From NCBI GenBank assembly GCA_052034495.1, contig JBPOIL010000001.1, positions 84,293 through 148,292 on the forward strand: 64,000 bases of DNA. Reading direction: 5' to 3'. The stretch comes from Patescibacteria group bacterium. GTDB taxonomy: Bacteria; Patescibacteriota; Saccharimonadia; CAILAD01; JADZBC01. The translations under genes and the position numbers were made by a program. Below are positions 44,621 to 54,830 of this stretch, piece after piece. Under the pieces are notes generated by a model. The model did not search any database. It was not told the origin of the DNA and saw only the letters and a list, made by a program, of their open reading frames with translations. Numbering within the stretch: position 1 is the stretch's first letter; every line of letters begins with the position of its first letter.

Positions 44621-45334
44621 ATGACCGAGAGACAATTCGACATACTAAGCAAGATTGTGCAGCATTATGCTGAAACTGCCGAGCCAGTTGGTTCGTTGGC
44701 TTTGGCTGACTATTTTGAGGTTAGTCCGGCTACAGTTCGTTCGGAAATGGCAGCACTCGAGCGATCAGGGTATATTTACCAGCCACATATATCTGCAGGT
44801 CGAGTCCCTACTGACGCGGGATACCGTCTCTACGTGAACAGCTTGAGCAAAAGCTCAGCTCAGAGTACTGAGCTAACGAGTACTCGAAGTGCCCAGACGA
44901 TCTCGAAGCGAGTTGAAAGCCTCAAGGACAGGACTGACGCGGCAATTAAGATTGCTGCCGAGACTCTGAGCGAGCTTACTGGCAACACTGCCTTCGCTAC
45001 ATTGAGCGACACCGTCTACTTCCACGGTCTACACCAGCTCTTTAGTCAACCAGAGTTCATAGACCAACTGCGGGCAGCTCAGGCGGCTCGGTTCCTGGAC
45101 CAAATGGGAGAGTGGCTCTTCGGGCATGAGTTTGCACAAGACCTGGGGGTGTTCATAGGCGAAGAGAACCCGTTTTTGCGCACAAGTGGCATGACCATGG
45201 TGGTGAGCAGATTTGAATCCCCGTATAGCACCAGTAGCTACATCGGGATTGTTGGGCCGACTAGGCAGAACTACAGCAAGGTCACGGCACTCGTTCGACT
45301 GACCGGTGAAAAATTAGAGGAGGCATTAGCATGA
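44621..45334 (+). CDS. hrcA: heat-inducible transcription repressor HrcA (short form)
   Basis: MTERQFDILSKIVQHYAETAEPVGSLALAD N-terminal wHTH. CIRCE upstream. grpE-dnaK downstream. Confidence 0.8.
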   Translation: MTERQFDILSKIVQHYAETAEPVGSLALADYFEVSPATVRSEMAALERSGYIYQPHISAGRVPTDAGYRLYVNSLSKSSAQSTELTSTRSAQTISKRVESLKDRTDAAIKIAAETLSELTGNTAFATLSDTVYFHGLHQLFSQPEFIDQLRAAQAARFLDQMGEWLFGHEFAQDLGVFIGEENPFLRTSGMTMVVSRFESPYSTSSYIGIVGPTRQNYSKVTALVRLTGEKLEEALA

Positions 45335-45867
45335 AACAAGACAGTAGTAAGCCAAAAGTTCAGAAGCGCGCCAAGCAGCCTTCGACTCAGGATTATCAGC
45401 AGCAAATAGGCGAGTTGACTGAGCACCTACAGAGGCTGCAAGCAGAATTTGAAAACTACAAAAAACGAGCTGAGTCGGAGCGAAGTGAAGTTATGAACCT
45501 AGCCAAGCTGTCGGTTTTGACAGAGCTTTTGCCGGCACTCGACAATTTTGACAGGGCTGCGACTCACCTACCACCCGAGTTAGAAGATAATGCCTGGGCG
45601 AAAGGCATGAGTTATGTAGGGTCACAATTAGAACAAATCCTCGACGGAATTGGGGTGCGCAAGTTCTCTGCTAAAGGGGAGGCGTTTGATCATAACCGCC
45701 ACGAAGCAATGGAGTATGTGGAGAGAGCTGGACCACCGGATATGATTGTCGAAGAGCTAACGCCGGGGTACGAGATAAACGGCAAAGTAGTTCGCCCCGC
45801 GACAGTAAAGGTTAGCAAAGCAATTAATCATGAAGTTAGTGAAGAGCAAGTAAAGGAAGAGGAGTAG
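45331..45867 (+). CDS. grpE: nucleotide exchange factor GrpE
   Basis: Coiled-coil N-terminus. [12 protein letters not shown]. 178 aa. Overlaps the hrcA stop. Confidence 0.85.
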   Translation: MKQDSSKPKVQKRAKQPSTQDYQQQIGELTEHLQRLQAEFENYKKRAESERSEVMNLAKLSVLTELLPALDNFDRAATHLPPELEDNAWAKGMSYVGSQLEQILDGIGVRKFSAKGEAFDHNRHEAMEYVERAGPPDMIVEELTPGYEINGKVVRPATVKVSKAINHEVSEEQVKEEE

Positions 45868-45871
45868 CAAT

Positions 45872-47773
45872 ATGAGCAAGATTATCGGAATCGATTTAGG
45901 AACAACCAATAGTGCGATGTCAGTCATGGAGGGCGGTGACGCTACGGTGATTACAAACATTGAAGGCGCGCGTACTACGCCATCAATAGTGGCAGTAAAT
46001 AAGAACGGCGAGCGTTTGGTGGGCCAGGTGGCCAAGCGTCAGGCAGTTATTAACCCAGATAACACCATCTTTTCGGTCAAACGATTAATTGGGCGAACCT
46101 TCGATGATCCTGAAGTGCAGCGGGATATCGAACTCATGCCCTACAAGATCGAGAAGGCTGATGGCCACGTAAAGGTAAAGATGGGCGATAAGAGCTACAC
46201 GGCCGAGGAAGTCAGCGCTATGATTCTGGGCAAGCTCAAGGCTGACGCTGAAAAGTACCTTGGACAGCCTGTTACCGAGGCCGTCATTACTGTGCCGGCT
46301 TACTTTAACGATGCGCAGCGCCAGGCCACTAAGGATGCTGGTAAGATCGCAGGGCTTGAGGTTAAGCGAATTATCAATGAGCCAACTGCTGCTGCCCTAG
46401 CTTACGGACTCGATAAAAAGAAGGAAGAAAAGATCGTGGTTTACGATCTCGGTGGTGGTACCTTCGACGTGTCAGTGCTTGAATTGGGCGACGGCGTGTT
46501 CGAAGTGAAGTCTACCAATGGCGACACACACCTTGGTGGTGATGACTTTGATCTAACCATCATTAACTACTTGATCGAAGAGTTTAAGAAGGATCAGGGA
46601 ATTGACCTAAAGGGCGACAAAGCAGCCATGCAGCGACTCAAAGAAGCTGCCGAAAAGGCCAAAATTGAGCTCTCGACCACAAATGAAAGCAGTGTAAACA
46701 TTCCATTTGTTACAGCTGATGCCAGCGGACCGAAGCACATGGACCTCATGCTGACTCGTTCGCAGTTCGAAAAGATCGTAGGCGAGTTGGTAGATAAGAC
46801 CATGAAGCCATGCGAAGCCGCACTTAAAGATGCTGGACTTAAGGCATCTGACATCGACGAAGTTATCTTGGTTGGTGGTATGACCCGTATGCCTTTGGTT
46901 CAGAAGAAGGTCGAAGAGTTCTTTGGGAAGAAGCCACTACAGGGTGTTAACCCGGATGAGGTCGTAGCCATTGGCGCTGCAATCCAGGGTGGCGTGCTTG
47001 GTGGAGATGTTAAGGACGTATTGCTGCTCGATGTAACTCCGCTCTCACTATCAATCGAAACGATGGGTGGCGTAGCTACGCGCATGATTGAGCGCAACAC
47101 CACGATCCCTACAAGCAAAAGCCAGGTGTACTCTACTGCTGCCGACAATCAGACTTCGGTAGAAATTAATGTATTGCAGGGCGAGCGCGAGATGGCTGCC
47201 GACAACAAATCGCTTGGCCGATTCATCCTAGATGGTATCCCGCCAGCACCACGCGGTGTGCCGCAAGTTGAGGTTAGCTTCAATATCGACGCGAACGGCA
47301 TTGTAAATGTATCTGCCAAGGATAAGGCAACCGGCAAAGAACAGAAGATTACCATTACAGGTGGCGGTAGCTTGAGCGATGAAGACATTAAGAAGATGCA
47401 AGCAGACGCCGAGGCCCACGCCGACGAAGACAAGAAGAAGAAAGAAGCGGCAGAAGCTAAGAACCATGCCGATACCATGATCTACACCGCCGAAAAGTCG
47501 CTTAAAGACGCTGGCGATAAGGCCCCAGAGGAAGACAAGAAGGCCGTAGAGGATGCTATAAAGGCGTTGCGCGACAAACTTGATAGTGGTGACGCCGAAG
47601 AGCTCAAGAAGCTTACAGAGGATCTTTCGACTAAGCTGACCAAGATTGGGGAAGCAATGTACAAAGAGGCTGAAGCCGAGCAAAAAGCCGAAGAGGCAAA
47701 GACCGAGGGTGAAGCGAAGAAAGAAGCTGACGCCGAAGAGGGCGAAGTAGTCGACAAGGAAGAAACTAAGTAA
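45872..47773 (+). CDS. dnaK: molecular chaperone DnaK (Hsp70)
   Basis: [18 protein letters not shown]. 633 aa. Confidence 0.97.
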   Translation: MSKIIGIDLGTTNSAMSVMEGGDATVITNIEGARTTPSIVAVNKNGERLVGQVAKRQAVINPDNTIFSVKRLIGRTFDDPEVQRDIELMPYKIEKADGHVKVKMGDKSYTAEEVSAMILGKLKADAEKYLGQPVTEAVITVPAYFNDAQRQATKDAGKIAGLEVKRIINEPTAAALAYGLDKKKEEKIVVYDLGGGTFDVSVLELGDGVFEVKSTNGDTHLGGDDFDLTIINYLIEEFKKDQGIDLKGDKAAMQRLKEAAEKAKIELSTTNESSVNIPFVTADASGPKHMDLMLTRSQFEKIVGELVDKTMKPCEAALKDAGLKASDIDEVILVGGMTRMPLVQKKVEEFFGKKPLQGVNPDEVVAIGAAIQGGVLGGDVKDVLLLDVTPLSLSIETMGGVATRMIERNTTIPTSKSQVYSTAADNQTSVEINVLQGEREMAADNKSLGRFILDGIPPAPRGVPQVEVSFNIDANGIVNVSAKDKATGKEQKITITGGGSLSDEDIKKMQADAEAHADEDKKKKEAAEAKNHADTMIYTAEKSLKDAGDKAPEEDKKAVEDAIKALRDKLDSGDAEELKKLTEDLSTKLTKIGEAMYKEAEAEQKAEEAKTEGEAKKEADAEEGEVVDKEETK

Positions 47774-48163
47774 GTGTCAAAAGTCGCAGAGGGTGCTGAC
47801 TTCCTGGGTAGGACGATCGATATAACCTTTGATCGTCCCTTGGGGTCGGTGCACCCTCGACATGCCGACATGGTCTACCCTGTGAATTATGGCTTTGTGC
47901 CAGGTACTAAAGCAGGAGATGGGATGGAGATCGATGTGTATTATCTGTCTGCTGATAAGCCGTTGAAAGAAGCCAGTGCAACATGCATAGGTTACGTTCG
48001 TCGGCTCGACGACAACGAAGACAAGCTTATCGCCACAGATGGCGAGACGCCAACGCTAGATGAAGTTGAAAAAATACTTGAGTTTCAAGAAAAGTGGTTC
48101 AAGCATGAGATAATCTTAATGAAGGATTCGAGCAAGGAAGAATTGGAGCAAGATAAAGCATGA
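47774..48163 (+). CDS. ppa: inorganic pyrophosphatase-family protein (short form)
   Basis: YPVNYGFVPGTKAGDGMEIDV resembles the PPase YPxNYGFIPxTxxxDGDPxDV. GTG start abuts the dnaK stop. Confidence 0.5.
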   Translation: MSKVAEGADFLGRTIDITFDRPLGSVHPRHADMVYPVNYGFVPGTKAGDGMEIDVYYLSADKPLKEASATCIGYVRRLDDNEDKLIATDGETPTLDEVEKILEFQEKWFKHEIILMKDSSKEELEQDKA

Positions 48164-48801
48164 AGACAGTAATATTCATCGATGGCGAAAACTTTATGCA
48201 TCAGGTACGGGATGTATTGTATAAACGTCGAATGATTCGCAACCGCGATGAACTGACTCATTACGATATTCGTGCATTGCTTGGTTTGGCGCTGAAGGAT
48301 CTTCCTGACTTTGATTCAAGTCGTGGCAAGGTGCTGTACTACTCAACAAAAGTTCATATAAGCGATGTCAGTGAATCGCTCAAAGAACGCACTGAGAACA
48401 TCAAAGCCTGGAGCGATAAGCTAAAGGAACAACTCATTAAGCAGAATGTAGAGTTTATCGAAGCGGGTCACCTGCTCGTCCGAGAGGGCAAGAAGTGTAT
48501 GGAATGTGGGCATCGTGAACCAGTGCTTATGGAAAAAGGAGTCGACGTACAGTTGGCAACTGATCTTATACGTACGTCCGGAGATAACGTGCGCTTGATC
48601 CTGCTCAGCTCTGATGGTGACTTAACCCCAGCCGTTGTCGAAGCTCGTCGTCGAGGTTCGGAGATGATCTACGTTGGTTTTCGGGGCGTGAGTAACGCAA
48701 CCCTTGGACACGCGGCCGGACAGCGATATACCATTGGCGCCAAACAGGTTATTGAGGTTTATCAGAAGAACGCTAAGCTAGAGGAAAAGGCCGATGAGTA
48801 A
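48160..48801 (+). CDS. NYN (LabA-like) domain protein with CxxC...CxxC zinc ribbon
   Basis: MKTVIFIDGENFMHQV N-terminal NYN signature. CMECGH. Embedded in the dnaK operon. Confidence 0.55.
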   Translation: MKTVIFIDGENFMHQVRDVLYKRRMIRNRDELTHYDIRALLGLALKDLPDFDSSRGKVLYYSTKVHISDVSESLKERTENIKAWSDKLKEQLIKQNVEFIEAGHLLVREGKKCMECGHREPVLMEKGVDVQLATDLIRTSGDNVRLILLSSDGDLTPAVVEARRRGSEMIYVGFRGVSNATLGHAAGQRYTIGAKQVIEVYQKNAKLEEKADE

Positions 48802-49687
48802 GCGCGATTATTACGAGGTACTGGGCGTTGCTAAGTCGGCGACTGCCGACGATGTAAAGCGTGCTTTTCGCAAAAAGGCCGTAGAGCTCCACCCAGACCG
48901 CGGTGGAGACGAAGAGAAGTTCAAAGAACTTAACGAAGCCTATGAAGTCCTCAAGGATCCGCAGAAGAAGTCGGCCTACGATCAGTTTGGTCATGCGGCT
49001 GGCGCGCACCAGGCGGGGGGTGGTCCATACGGTGGCGGGGCCGGAGCGCAAGGCTTTGATGGCTTTGACTTTGGAGGCCAAGCTGGTTTCAGCGGCTTCG
49101 AGGACTTGTTTGGCGCATTCTTTGGCGGTGCACGATCGCGCCCGCGTGACGTTGAAGTATCTATGACTATAGACTTTCGCGAGGCAGTATTTGGCACAAC
49201 CAAGGAGATTACATTGCGCGTGGCGGATCATCAAAAGGGCGAACGCAAGCAGGAGGAAGTAAAGGTTAAGATTCCTGCCGGAATTGATGATGGGCAATCA
49301 ATTCGACTCACGGGCCATGGAGAGGTAAATCAGCAGGGAGCAAAAGGCGACCTCTACGTCCACATCAGGGTGCGACCTGATAAAGATTTTGAGCGCCAAG
49401 GGGCTCATATTATTTCGCATGTGAAAGTCGGCATGGTGGACGCCGCACTTGGTACGACCGCCGAGGTAAAAACACTTGATGGCAAGGTCAAGGTAAAAGT
49501 TCCAGCAGGCACTCAACATGGCAAGGTACTTAAGTTGACCGGCAAGGGCGTGCCGATGGTGAACAGTACCCGACGGGGAGACCATTTAATTGAAATTCTC
49601 ATCGAGGTGCCACATAAGCTAAATGCCAAGCAAAAGAAGTTGCTTGAAGAGTTCAGGGCTAGCGAGGGCAAAAAGAAACTCTGGTAG
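48794..49687 (+). CDS. dnaJ: DnaJ-family co-chaperone (J domain + G/F region + C-terminal domains; no CxxCxGxG zinc finger, CbpA-like)
   Basis: DYYEVLGVAKSATADDVKRAFRKKAVELHPDR with HPD motif. Gly/Phe-rich linker. Confidence 0.8.
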   Translation: MSKRDYYEVLGVAKSATADDVKRAFRKKAVELHPDRGGDEEKFKELNEAYEVLKDPQKKSAYDQFGHAAGAHQAGGGPYGGGAGAQGFDGFDFGGQAGFSGFEDLFGAFFGGARSRPRDVEVSMTIDFREAVFGTTKEITLRVADHQKGERKQEEVKVKIPAGIDDGQSIRLTGHGEVNQQGAKGDLYVHIRVRPDKDFERQGAHIISHVKVGMVDAALGTTAEVKTLDGKVKVKVPAGTQHGKVLKLTGKGVPMVNSTRRGDHLIEILIEVPHKLNAKQKKLLEEFRASEGKKKLW

Positions 49688-49736
49688 CACCTTAGGGGGC
49701 ACGGTATACTAGTAAGCATAATAGGTATACGCTTTC

Positions 49737-50231
49737 ATGCCGGATCTAAGCTTCAATACAGTCTTGTTTGCCTCCCTTGGGGCAGGGTTTGCACTGGCCT
49801 TCTTTGCTGGTGAAGCACGAGTAAGGAAGCTCGCTGCCGGTGCTCTCGTGGGCTATTTAGTTGCCATGCAGCTTGGAGAATTTGTACTTGCTCAGCTTGG
49901 CAAAGTAAGCTTCATCCCAGAGTTGAGCCTTGGCACTGTGCAGATCATTTTGTTTGCTTTCATTACCCTCTCGTTCAATCTCGGTAGGGCACACCAATTA
50001 GAAGGGCGGCCACGAGTGAATGTAGAATCTATTGTGGTGGCTGTAATTACGGCGACGTTCATATTCACTTCGGTATTGGGCTTTTTGGGTGAAGAGACCC
50101 GCTCGGGCCTCATGAATGATTACAACTTAGCCGCCATGCTGTATGAGTGGCGCTTGTTGCTACTTGGGCTCACTGCTGGCGGCCTTATCCTGCTAGAGGT
50201 CATGGGCGCAAACACGAAGAAGCCAAGGTAA
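49737..50231 (+). CDS. hypothetical multi-TM membrane protein
   Basis: 164 aa, hydrophobic. Confidence 0.5.
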   Translation: MPDLSFNTVLFASLGAGFALAFFAGEARVRKLAAGALVGYLVAMQLGEFVLAQLGKVSFIPELSLGTVQIILFAFITLSFNLGRAHQLEGRPRVNVESIVVAVITATFIFTSVLGFLGEETRSGLMNDYNLAAMLYEWRLLLLGLTAGGLILLEVMGANTKKPR

Positions 50232-50281
50232 GACTTCATTTTTTGTACCTGGAGTGTTATTATTGCTCGACTAATTAGACA

Positions 50282-51580
50282 TTGCTCATAATGAAAATCC
50301 AAAGAAAAAAAACCATCCAACGCTTTACAACCCGCTTCGTTAATTGGGCGGCCATTCGTGTTAATAAAATTCACAAACCCGTTGTAATTGTTGTAACCGG
50401 ATCGATAGGCAAGACTTCTACTCGCAAGGCCATATCTGACGTGCTTGATTCTAAGTATAGAATCTACCACAGTACATCTAGTATTAATTCGAAGAGGGGC
50501 CTGCGACTACACTTTTTTGGAATTCACTCCATGTATGGAATCAAAAGGTTTCGTGATTGGCTTGGCTACATGGCGCGGATCTGCTGGATGATGTTCTCGT
50601 ACCCGTATGACGCAGTGGTTCTTGAAGTTGCTGAGAACTATATAGACAGTAGCCTCGCAATTTTGAGGAAGATTGATCCTAAGATTTGCGTAGTCACTGG
50701 CGTTGCGGACGCCCATATGGAGCATTTAGGAAGTAAACGACGCCTGATGAAGAATATCCGCAAGATAGCTGAGTGTTGTGATGAAGTTATATACTCCGCT
50801 GACTTTGATGAACTGCAGGTTCTCTTCGGCAGTTCTCGGGCAAAGAGTTATGGTATTGAAGGCGGCGAATATCGACCATCAAACATCACAAGAATGAGGG
50901 ATGGCTTACTAAGCTTCGACATCGTGGTTGACGGAGCAAGGAGACGAGTTAAAACCCAAATGATTGCACGACACCTACTCCTTCCATACGCTGCTGCCGC
51001 AATAATAGGAAAAGAACTGGGCCTGGATGCTAGCAGTATAGTTTCTGCACTAGAAGACCTTGAGCCTGTGCATGGCAGGATGAATCTGCTTAAGGCCAAC
51101 TGCGGCGCTTCTATTATCGACGATAGCTACAATGCTAACCTAGTTAGTGCCAAGGCGGCTCTTGATCAACTTAAAGAATTTAGCGGCTATAAGGTTGCAG
51201 TTATTGGTACCATGAACGAGCTTGGAGCTAAGGCTGACGAGCATCATGCCGAACTGGCAATGTATGCCTCAACTGTCGCTGATAAGCTCATATTCGTGGG
51301 AGAGAGGGCTGAATATATGAAATCAAAGGCTACAAAGAATTTGGCGCGCAGTGGTGACCTATATGCTTTTCATGATACTAAGGCGGCCGGAAAATTCTTA
51401 AACGAGAATATAGGTAATACCTGGACGGTTTTGTTTAAAGGTTCCGGTGCTAATGTCTACCTCGAGGAGGCAATCAAGCGGTTAATTCCTGCGGCCGAAG
51501 TGTCCTCCTTGGTGCGACAAAGTCCGAATTACATTCGCCGAAAAGAAGAGTACTTCGCCCTTCTTGATATTGACAATTAG
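50282..51580 (+). CDS. murF: Mur ligase family protein, MurF-like (UDP-MurNAc-pentapeptide synthetase-like)
   Basis: VVTGSIGKTSTR P-loop. ASIIDDSYNANLVSAKAAL. C-terminal VLFKGSGANVYLEE. Confidence 0.65.
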   Translation: MLIMKIQRKKTIQRFTTRFVNWAAIRVNKIHKPVVIVVTGSIGKTSTRKAISDVLDSKYRIYHSTSSINSKRGLRLHFFGIHSMYGIKRFRDWLGYMARICWMMFSYPYDAVVLEVAENYIDSSLAILRKIDPKICVVTGVADAHMEHLGSKRRLMKNIRKIAECCDEVIYSADFDELQVLFGSSRAKSYGIEGGEYRPSNITRMRDGLLSFDIVVDGARRRVKTQMIARHLLLPYAAAAIIGKELGLDASSIVSALEDLEPVHGRMNLLKANCGASIIDDSYNANLVSAKAALDQLKEFSGYKVAVIGTMNELGAKADEHHAELAMYASTVADKLIFVGERAEYMKSKATKNLARSGDLYAFHDTKAAGKFLNENIGNTWTVLFKGSGANVYLEEAIKRLIPAAEVSSLVRQSPNYIRRKEEYFALLDIDN

Positions 51581-51663
51581 CCTCAAAAAACCTATAATAG
51601 GTTAAAAGATAGGTACTAGTCTTAGCCCTGTTGGAATACAATTAACCCAAAGAGGGATTTTTT

Positions 51664-52569
51664 ATGCGCATCGTCATCTTGAGCAGTCACAAAAACGGCA
51701 AAGGACCTCAAAGGTTGCTACAAGCCGCGCTCGACCGTGGTCATGAGGCTGAAATCATTGACTACCGCAAATGCTACTGCAACATCGTGAAGAGCAAGCC
51801 TCAGGTTTATTATCAGGGCAAAGCCCTGGAAGGAGTAGACGCAATTATTCCTCGTATTGCAATTGCCAACCAGTCGTACGGTAGTGCTATTATTCGCCAG
51901 TTTGAAATGATGGGCGTGTTTACTACCACGGGCTCGCTGGCCTTCCTGCGCGCTCGAGATAAGCTACGCAGTGCCCAGCTTTTTGCGCGTCACGACATCG
52001 ATCTTCCCAAGACTGTTTTCGCCCGCGAGACAAAAAATGTAGACGAGCTAATCGATATGGTTGGGGGTGCTCCGCTTATCGTTAAGCTCGCCCGCGGCAG
52101 TCTAGGAGCTGGTGTTATTTTGGCCGAAACTCGCAAAGCTGCGAAGTCGATTATTCAAGCATTCTACTCAGAGAATATGAACATTTTAGTGCAGGAATTT
52201 ATAGAGGAATCACGCGGTACCGATATCCGTGTATTTATCGTGAATGGGAAAATATCCGCCGCCATTAAGCGTCAAGCAAAAGGGGATGAGTTTAGGTCTA
52301 ATATATCACTTGGCGCAACTGCAGAGGAGATCGAGCTTAAAAAGAAAGAAGCTAATCTTGCCCTTAAGGCCGCTCAGAGAATGAATCTGGCTATAGCGGG
52401 TGTTGATATTCTTCGCTCCAAGCGCGGCCCGCTTATTATGGAGGTGAATGCTTTTCCAGGTTTTGCCGGTATTGAAAAAACTACTGGCAAAGACGTTGCA
52501 GGCCAGGTGATTGAGTATATCGAAGAGAATGTCTCAAAGAAACGACGCCGAGACAAAGTAGGGGCTTAA
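51664..52569 (+). CDS. rimK: RimK-family ATP-grasp alpha-L-glutamate ligase
   Basis: Close to E. coli RimK: GVDILRSKRGPLIMEVNAFPGFAGIEKTTGKDVAGQVIEYIE. Confidence 0.8.
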   Translation: MRIVILSSHKNGKGPQRLLQAALDRGHEAEIIDYRKCYCNIVKSKPQVYYQGKALEGVDAIIPRIAIANQSYGSAIIRQFEMMGVFTTTGSLAFLRARDKLRSAQLFARHDIDLPKTVFARETKNVDELIDMVGGAPLIVKLARGSLGAGVILAETRKAAKSIIQAFYSENMNILVQEFIEESRGTDIRVFIVNGKISAAIKRQAKGDEFRSNISLGATAEEIELKKKEANLALKAAQRMNLAIAGVDILRSKRGPLIMEVNAFPGFAGIEKTTGKDVAGQVIEYIEENVSKKRRRDKVGA

Positions 52570-52578
52570 GTTCTCAAG

Positions 52579-53148
52579 ATGAAGGTCCTGATTATTGATA
52601 ACAATACTCAGCATATTGCTAAGATAAAGCGACTGCTGCGGGACTACGATTGTATGGTAGTCTCCGCTGAAGATTTAGGGAGTGTGCGGGCCGAGGAATT
52701 CGACCTTATTGTTCTTAGTGGCGGGCGGGGTAGGGCCGTTGTGCGTAATCGCAAGTACTACATCTTGGAGAGAGAAATAATCTCAGAGTCCAATGTGCCT
52801 ATCATAGGCATCTGCCTCGGTGCCCAGATGATAGCGGACGTATATGGCGGAAGGCTAGAGCGATTAGGTGTTCGTCGCCGGCTATACAATAAGATTAGTT
52901 TTGTAGATGGTAGCGAGTACGACCTTGGCCATAGAATCAACTGGGTTTTTCAGATGCATAAGTGGGCGATCAGGAAGTTGCCAGATACGTTCAGAACCCA
53001 TGCGGTGTCGGGTGACGGCATAGAGCTCTTTGAGCACGCCTCACGTCCGCTATACGGTATGCAGTTTCATCCCGAAGTTCGCTATGGCAGTAGCCATGGG
53101 GCAGATATCTTTCACGCTGTAGTCTCGCAGATCACCAAGTCGACGTAG
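52579..53148 (+). CDS. class I glutamine amidotransferase (GATase1) domain protein
   Basis: Catalytic Cys in IIGICLGAQM. GMQFHPE His/Glu motif. Confidence 0.7.
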   Translation: MKVLIIDNNTQHIAKIKRLLRDYDCMVVSAEDLGSVRAEEFDLIVLSGGRGRAVVRNRKYYILEREIISESNVPIIGICLGAQMIADVYGGRLERLGVRRRLYNKISFVDGSEYDLGHRINWVFQMHKWAIRKLPDTFRTHAVSGDGIELFEHASRPLYGMQFHPEVRYGSSHGADIFHAVVSQITKST

Positions 53149-53217
53149 GTGCATACTAACTTCATTGACTCGTAGCCTCAATCTGGCATAAAATGTATTG
53201 GTTCCGTTGCCCGTCTT

Positions 53218-53294
53218 GGGCCTGTAGCTCAGTTGGTTAGAGCACCTGCCTTTTAAGCAGGGTGTCATGGGTTCGAGTCCCATCAGGCCCTCCA
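53218..53294 (+). tRNA. tRNA-Lys (TTT)
   Basis: GGGCCTGTAGCTCAGTTGGTTAGAGCACCTGCCTTTTAAGCAGGGTGTCATGGGTTCGAGTCCCATCAGGCCCTCCA. Anticodon loop CTTTTAA. Confidence 0.85.
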
Positions 53295-53298
53295 AAGA

Positions 53299-53335
53299 AA
53301 GCGCCTCACGCAAGTGGGGCATTTTCTTTTTACTC
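53299..53335 (+). terminator. hairpin (gcgcctcac-gcaa-gtggggc) plus T-run after tRNA-Lys
   Basis: Stem with one G-U wobble pair, followed by ATTTTCTTTTT. Confidence 0.5.
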
Positions 53336-53375
53336 ATGCTTGCAGGCAAAAATAACTCCGCGATATCCTTAGTTA

Positions 53376-54830
53376 ATGCATAGGTCGACACAAATACTGA
53401 TTGCTGCTATCGGCTTGATGTGCGGCATTGTGTTCGCGCGATACTACGGTTCGGCTTGGAGTTGGCAAATGCTTGGCTGGGCAGTGCTGGCGCTTGCGGC
53501 AGCTGTCGTTATCCGCAGGAGTAGCCTCGCATATGTCCTAATCTGCTTGCTTGCGTTTGCCATAGGCATGTTGCGTCAAGACATATTTATCGCGCAGCAG
53601 CCCGCCAGGACGATTGATAGTTTGCAGTATAGCAAACACATAGTAGTCGGCACCGTAGCTAGCGAGCCCTTTCGCGACGACAAGACAAACTATGTATCTT
53701 ACTTTAAGGATTTGGTAGTCGATGGAGAGCCTGTCGCAGGCGATCTTCGAGTTAAGTCGCTCGTGGCAAGTGCCAAAGAAGGCTATCGGGTCGAAGTGCA
53801 GGGCAAAGTATTGCCCAGCTTGGGCAAAGCTAGCAGTTCTGTCAGTTATGCAAAAGTATCAATACTTTCAACCCGGCAAAGCATCCTTGTCCAAGCAAAG
53901 AGCGAGTTTAGTAAGGGAGTTAGAAGAGCATTACCCGAGCCTGTCGGGAGCTTTATGCTCGGTATCCTAATAGGTGCCCGCTCGACATTACCGAAGGAGC
54001 TACAAGACACGATGGCACTCATTGGTCTGTCCCATCTCATCGCCGTATCGGGTTATAACTTAACGATAATAACCCTGGCTATTCAGGGCTTGGCCGGCAA
54101 GAAGTGGCAGTGGGCAAGCCTGGTTGGTACATTGTGGCTAATCGTTGGTTTCGTGGTCTTAACTGGTGCATCAGCGTCGATCGTACGGGCGGGGATTATG
54201 TCCACACTCTTCTTGCTCGCATCGTATTACGGCCGTAAGCTTGAGGTTCTAACGTGCTTGGCCTTGGGCATCATCATTACCCTCATGTGGAGCCCAGCAT
54301 ATATTTCCGACCTAAGCTGGCAGCTATCATTCTTGGCGCTTGGAGGTATCGTCCTGCTCACCCCAGTTGTACGGGCATTGATACCGCAACGGTTCGGGGC
54401 TGCAGGGGAGATAGCTGCAGTTTCTGTCGCCGCACAAATCGCCACTATGCCGCTCGTTGCCTATGTATTTGGTAGCATATCTGTCGTGGCGCCATTAGCA
54501 AATGTGATCTTCCTGCCCTTCGTGCCAATACTGATGCTACTCGGGCTCTTAGCCGGCCTAATTGGCATGCTCGCCCCAGGCGTTGCGTTCGCGGCTGCAT
54601 GGCCAATTGGGGGTGTTGTGAATGCGATGCTGGATTGCATGAGGTATCTGGCCGGCTTGCCGGGCGCCGCAATCAATGGCACTACGCCCTCGGAGTTTGC
54701 CGTACTGGCGTTCTACGCTCTACTCGTCACACTGGGTCTGCTAGCGCATCGTCGTGGCTTGGGCTCGTCGGTGGCTAATGCTATAATTACAGGTAGAAAA
54801 GAAGGAACTACAGATGAGCGGACACAGTAA
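53376..54830 (+). CDS. comEC: ComEC/Rec2-family DNA-uptake channel (competence domain only; no metallo-beta-lactamase domain)
   Basis: Multi-TM. LIGLSHLIAVSGYNLTII competence-domain motif. 484 aa. Confidence 0.7.
   Translation: MHRSTQILIAAIGLMCGIVFARYYGSAWSWQMLGWAVLALAAAVVIRRSSLAYVLICLLAFAIGMLRQDIFIAQQPARTIDSLQYSKHIVVGTVASEPFRDDKTNYVSYFKDLVVDGEPVAGDLRVKSLVASAKEGYRVEVQGKVLPSLGKASSSVSYAKVSILSTRQSILVQAKSEFSKGVRRALPEPVGSFMLGILIGARSTLPKELQDTMALIGLSHLIAVSGYNLTIITLAIQGLAGKKWQWASLVGTLWLIVGFVVLTGASASIVRAGIMSTLFLLASYYGRKLEVLTCLALGIIITLMWSPAYISDLSWQLSFLALGGIVLLTPVVRALIPQRFGAAGEIAAVSVAAQIATMPLVAYVFGSISVVAPLANVIFLPFVPILMLLGLLAGLIGMLAPGVAFAAAWPIGGVVNAMLDCMRYLAGLPGAAINGTTPSEFAVLAFYALLVTLGLLAHRRGLGSSVANAIITGRKEGTTDERTQ

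Noticed and set aside
51590-51620. Hairpin aacctat-aat-aggtt after murF-like gene as a terminator
   Set aside because: The T-run follows the hairpin only on the minus strand, where no upstream gene exists. AT-rich weak stem. Not reported as a feature.
53050-53391. 113-aa minus-strand ORF
   Set aside because: It runs straight through the tRNA-Lys gene and its terminator. Spurious.
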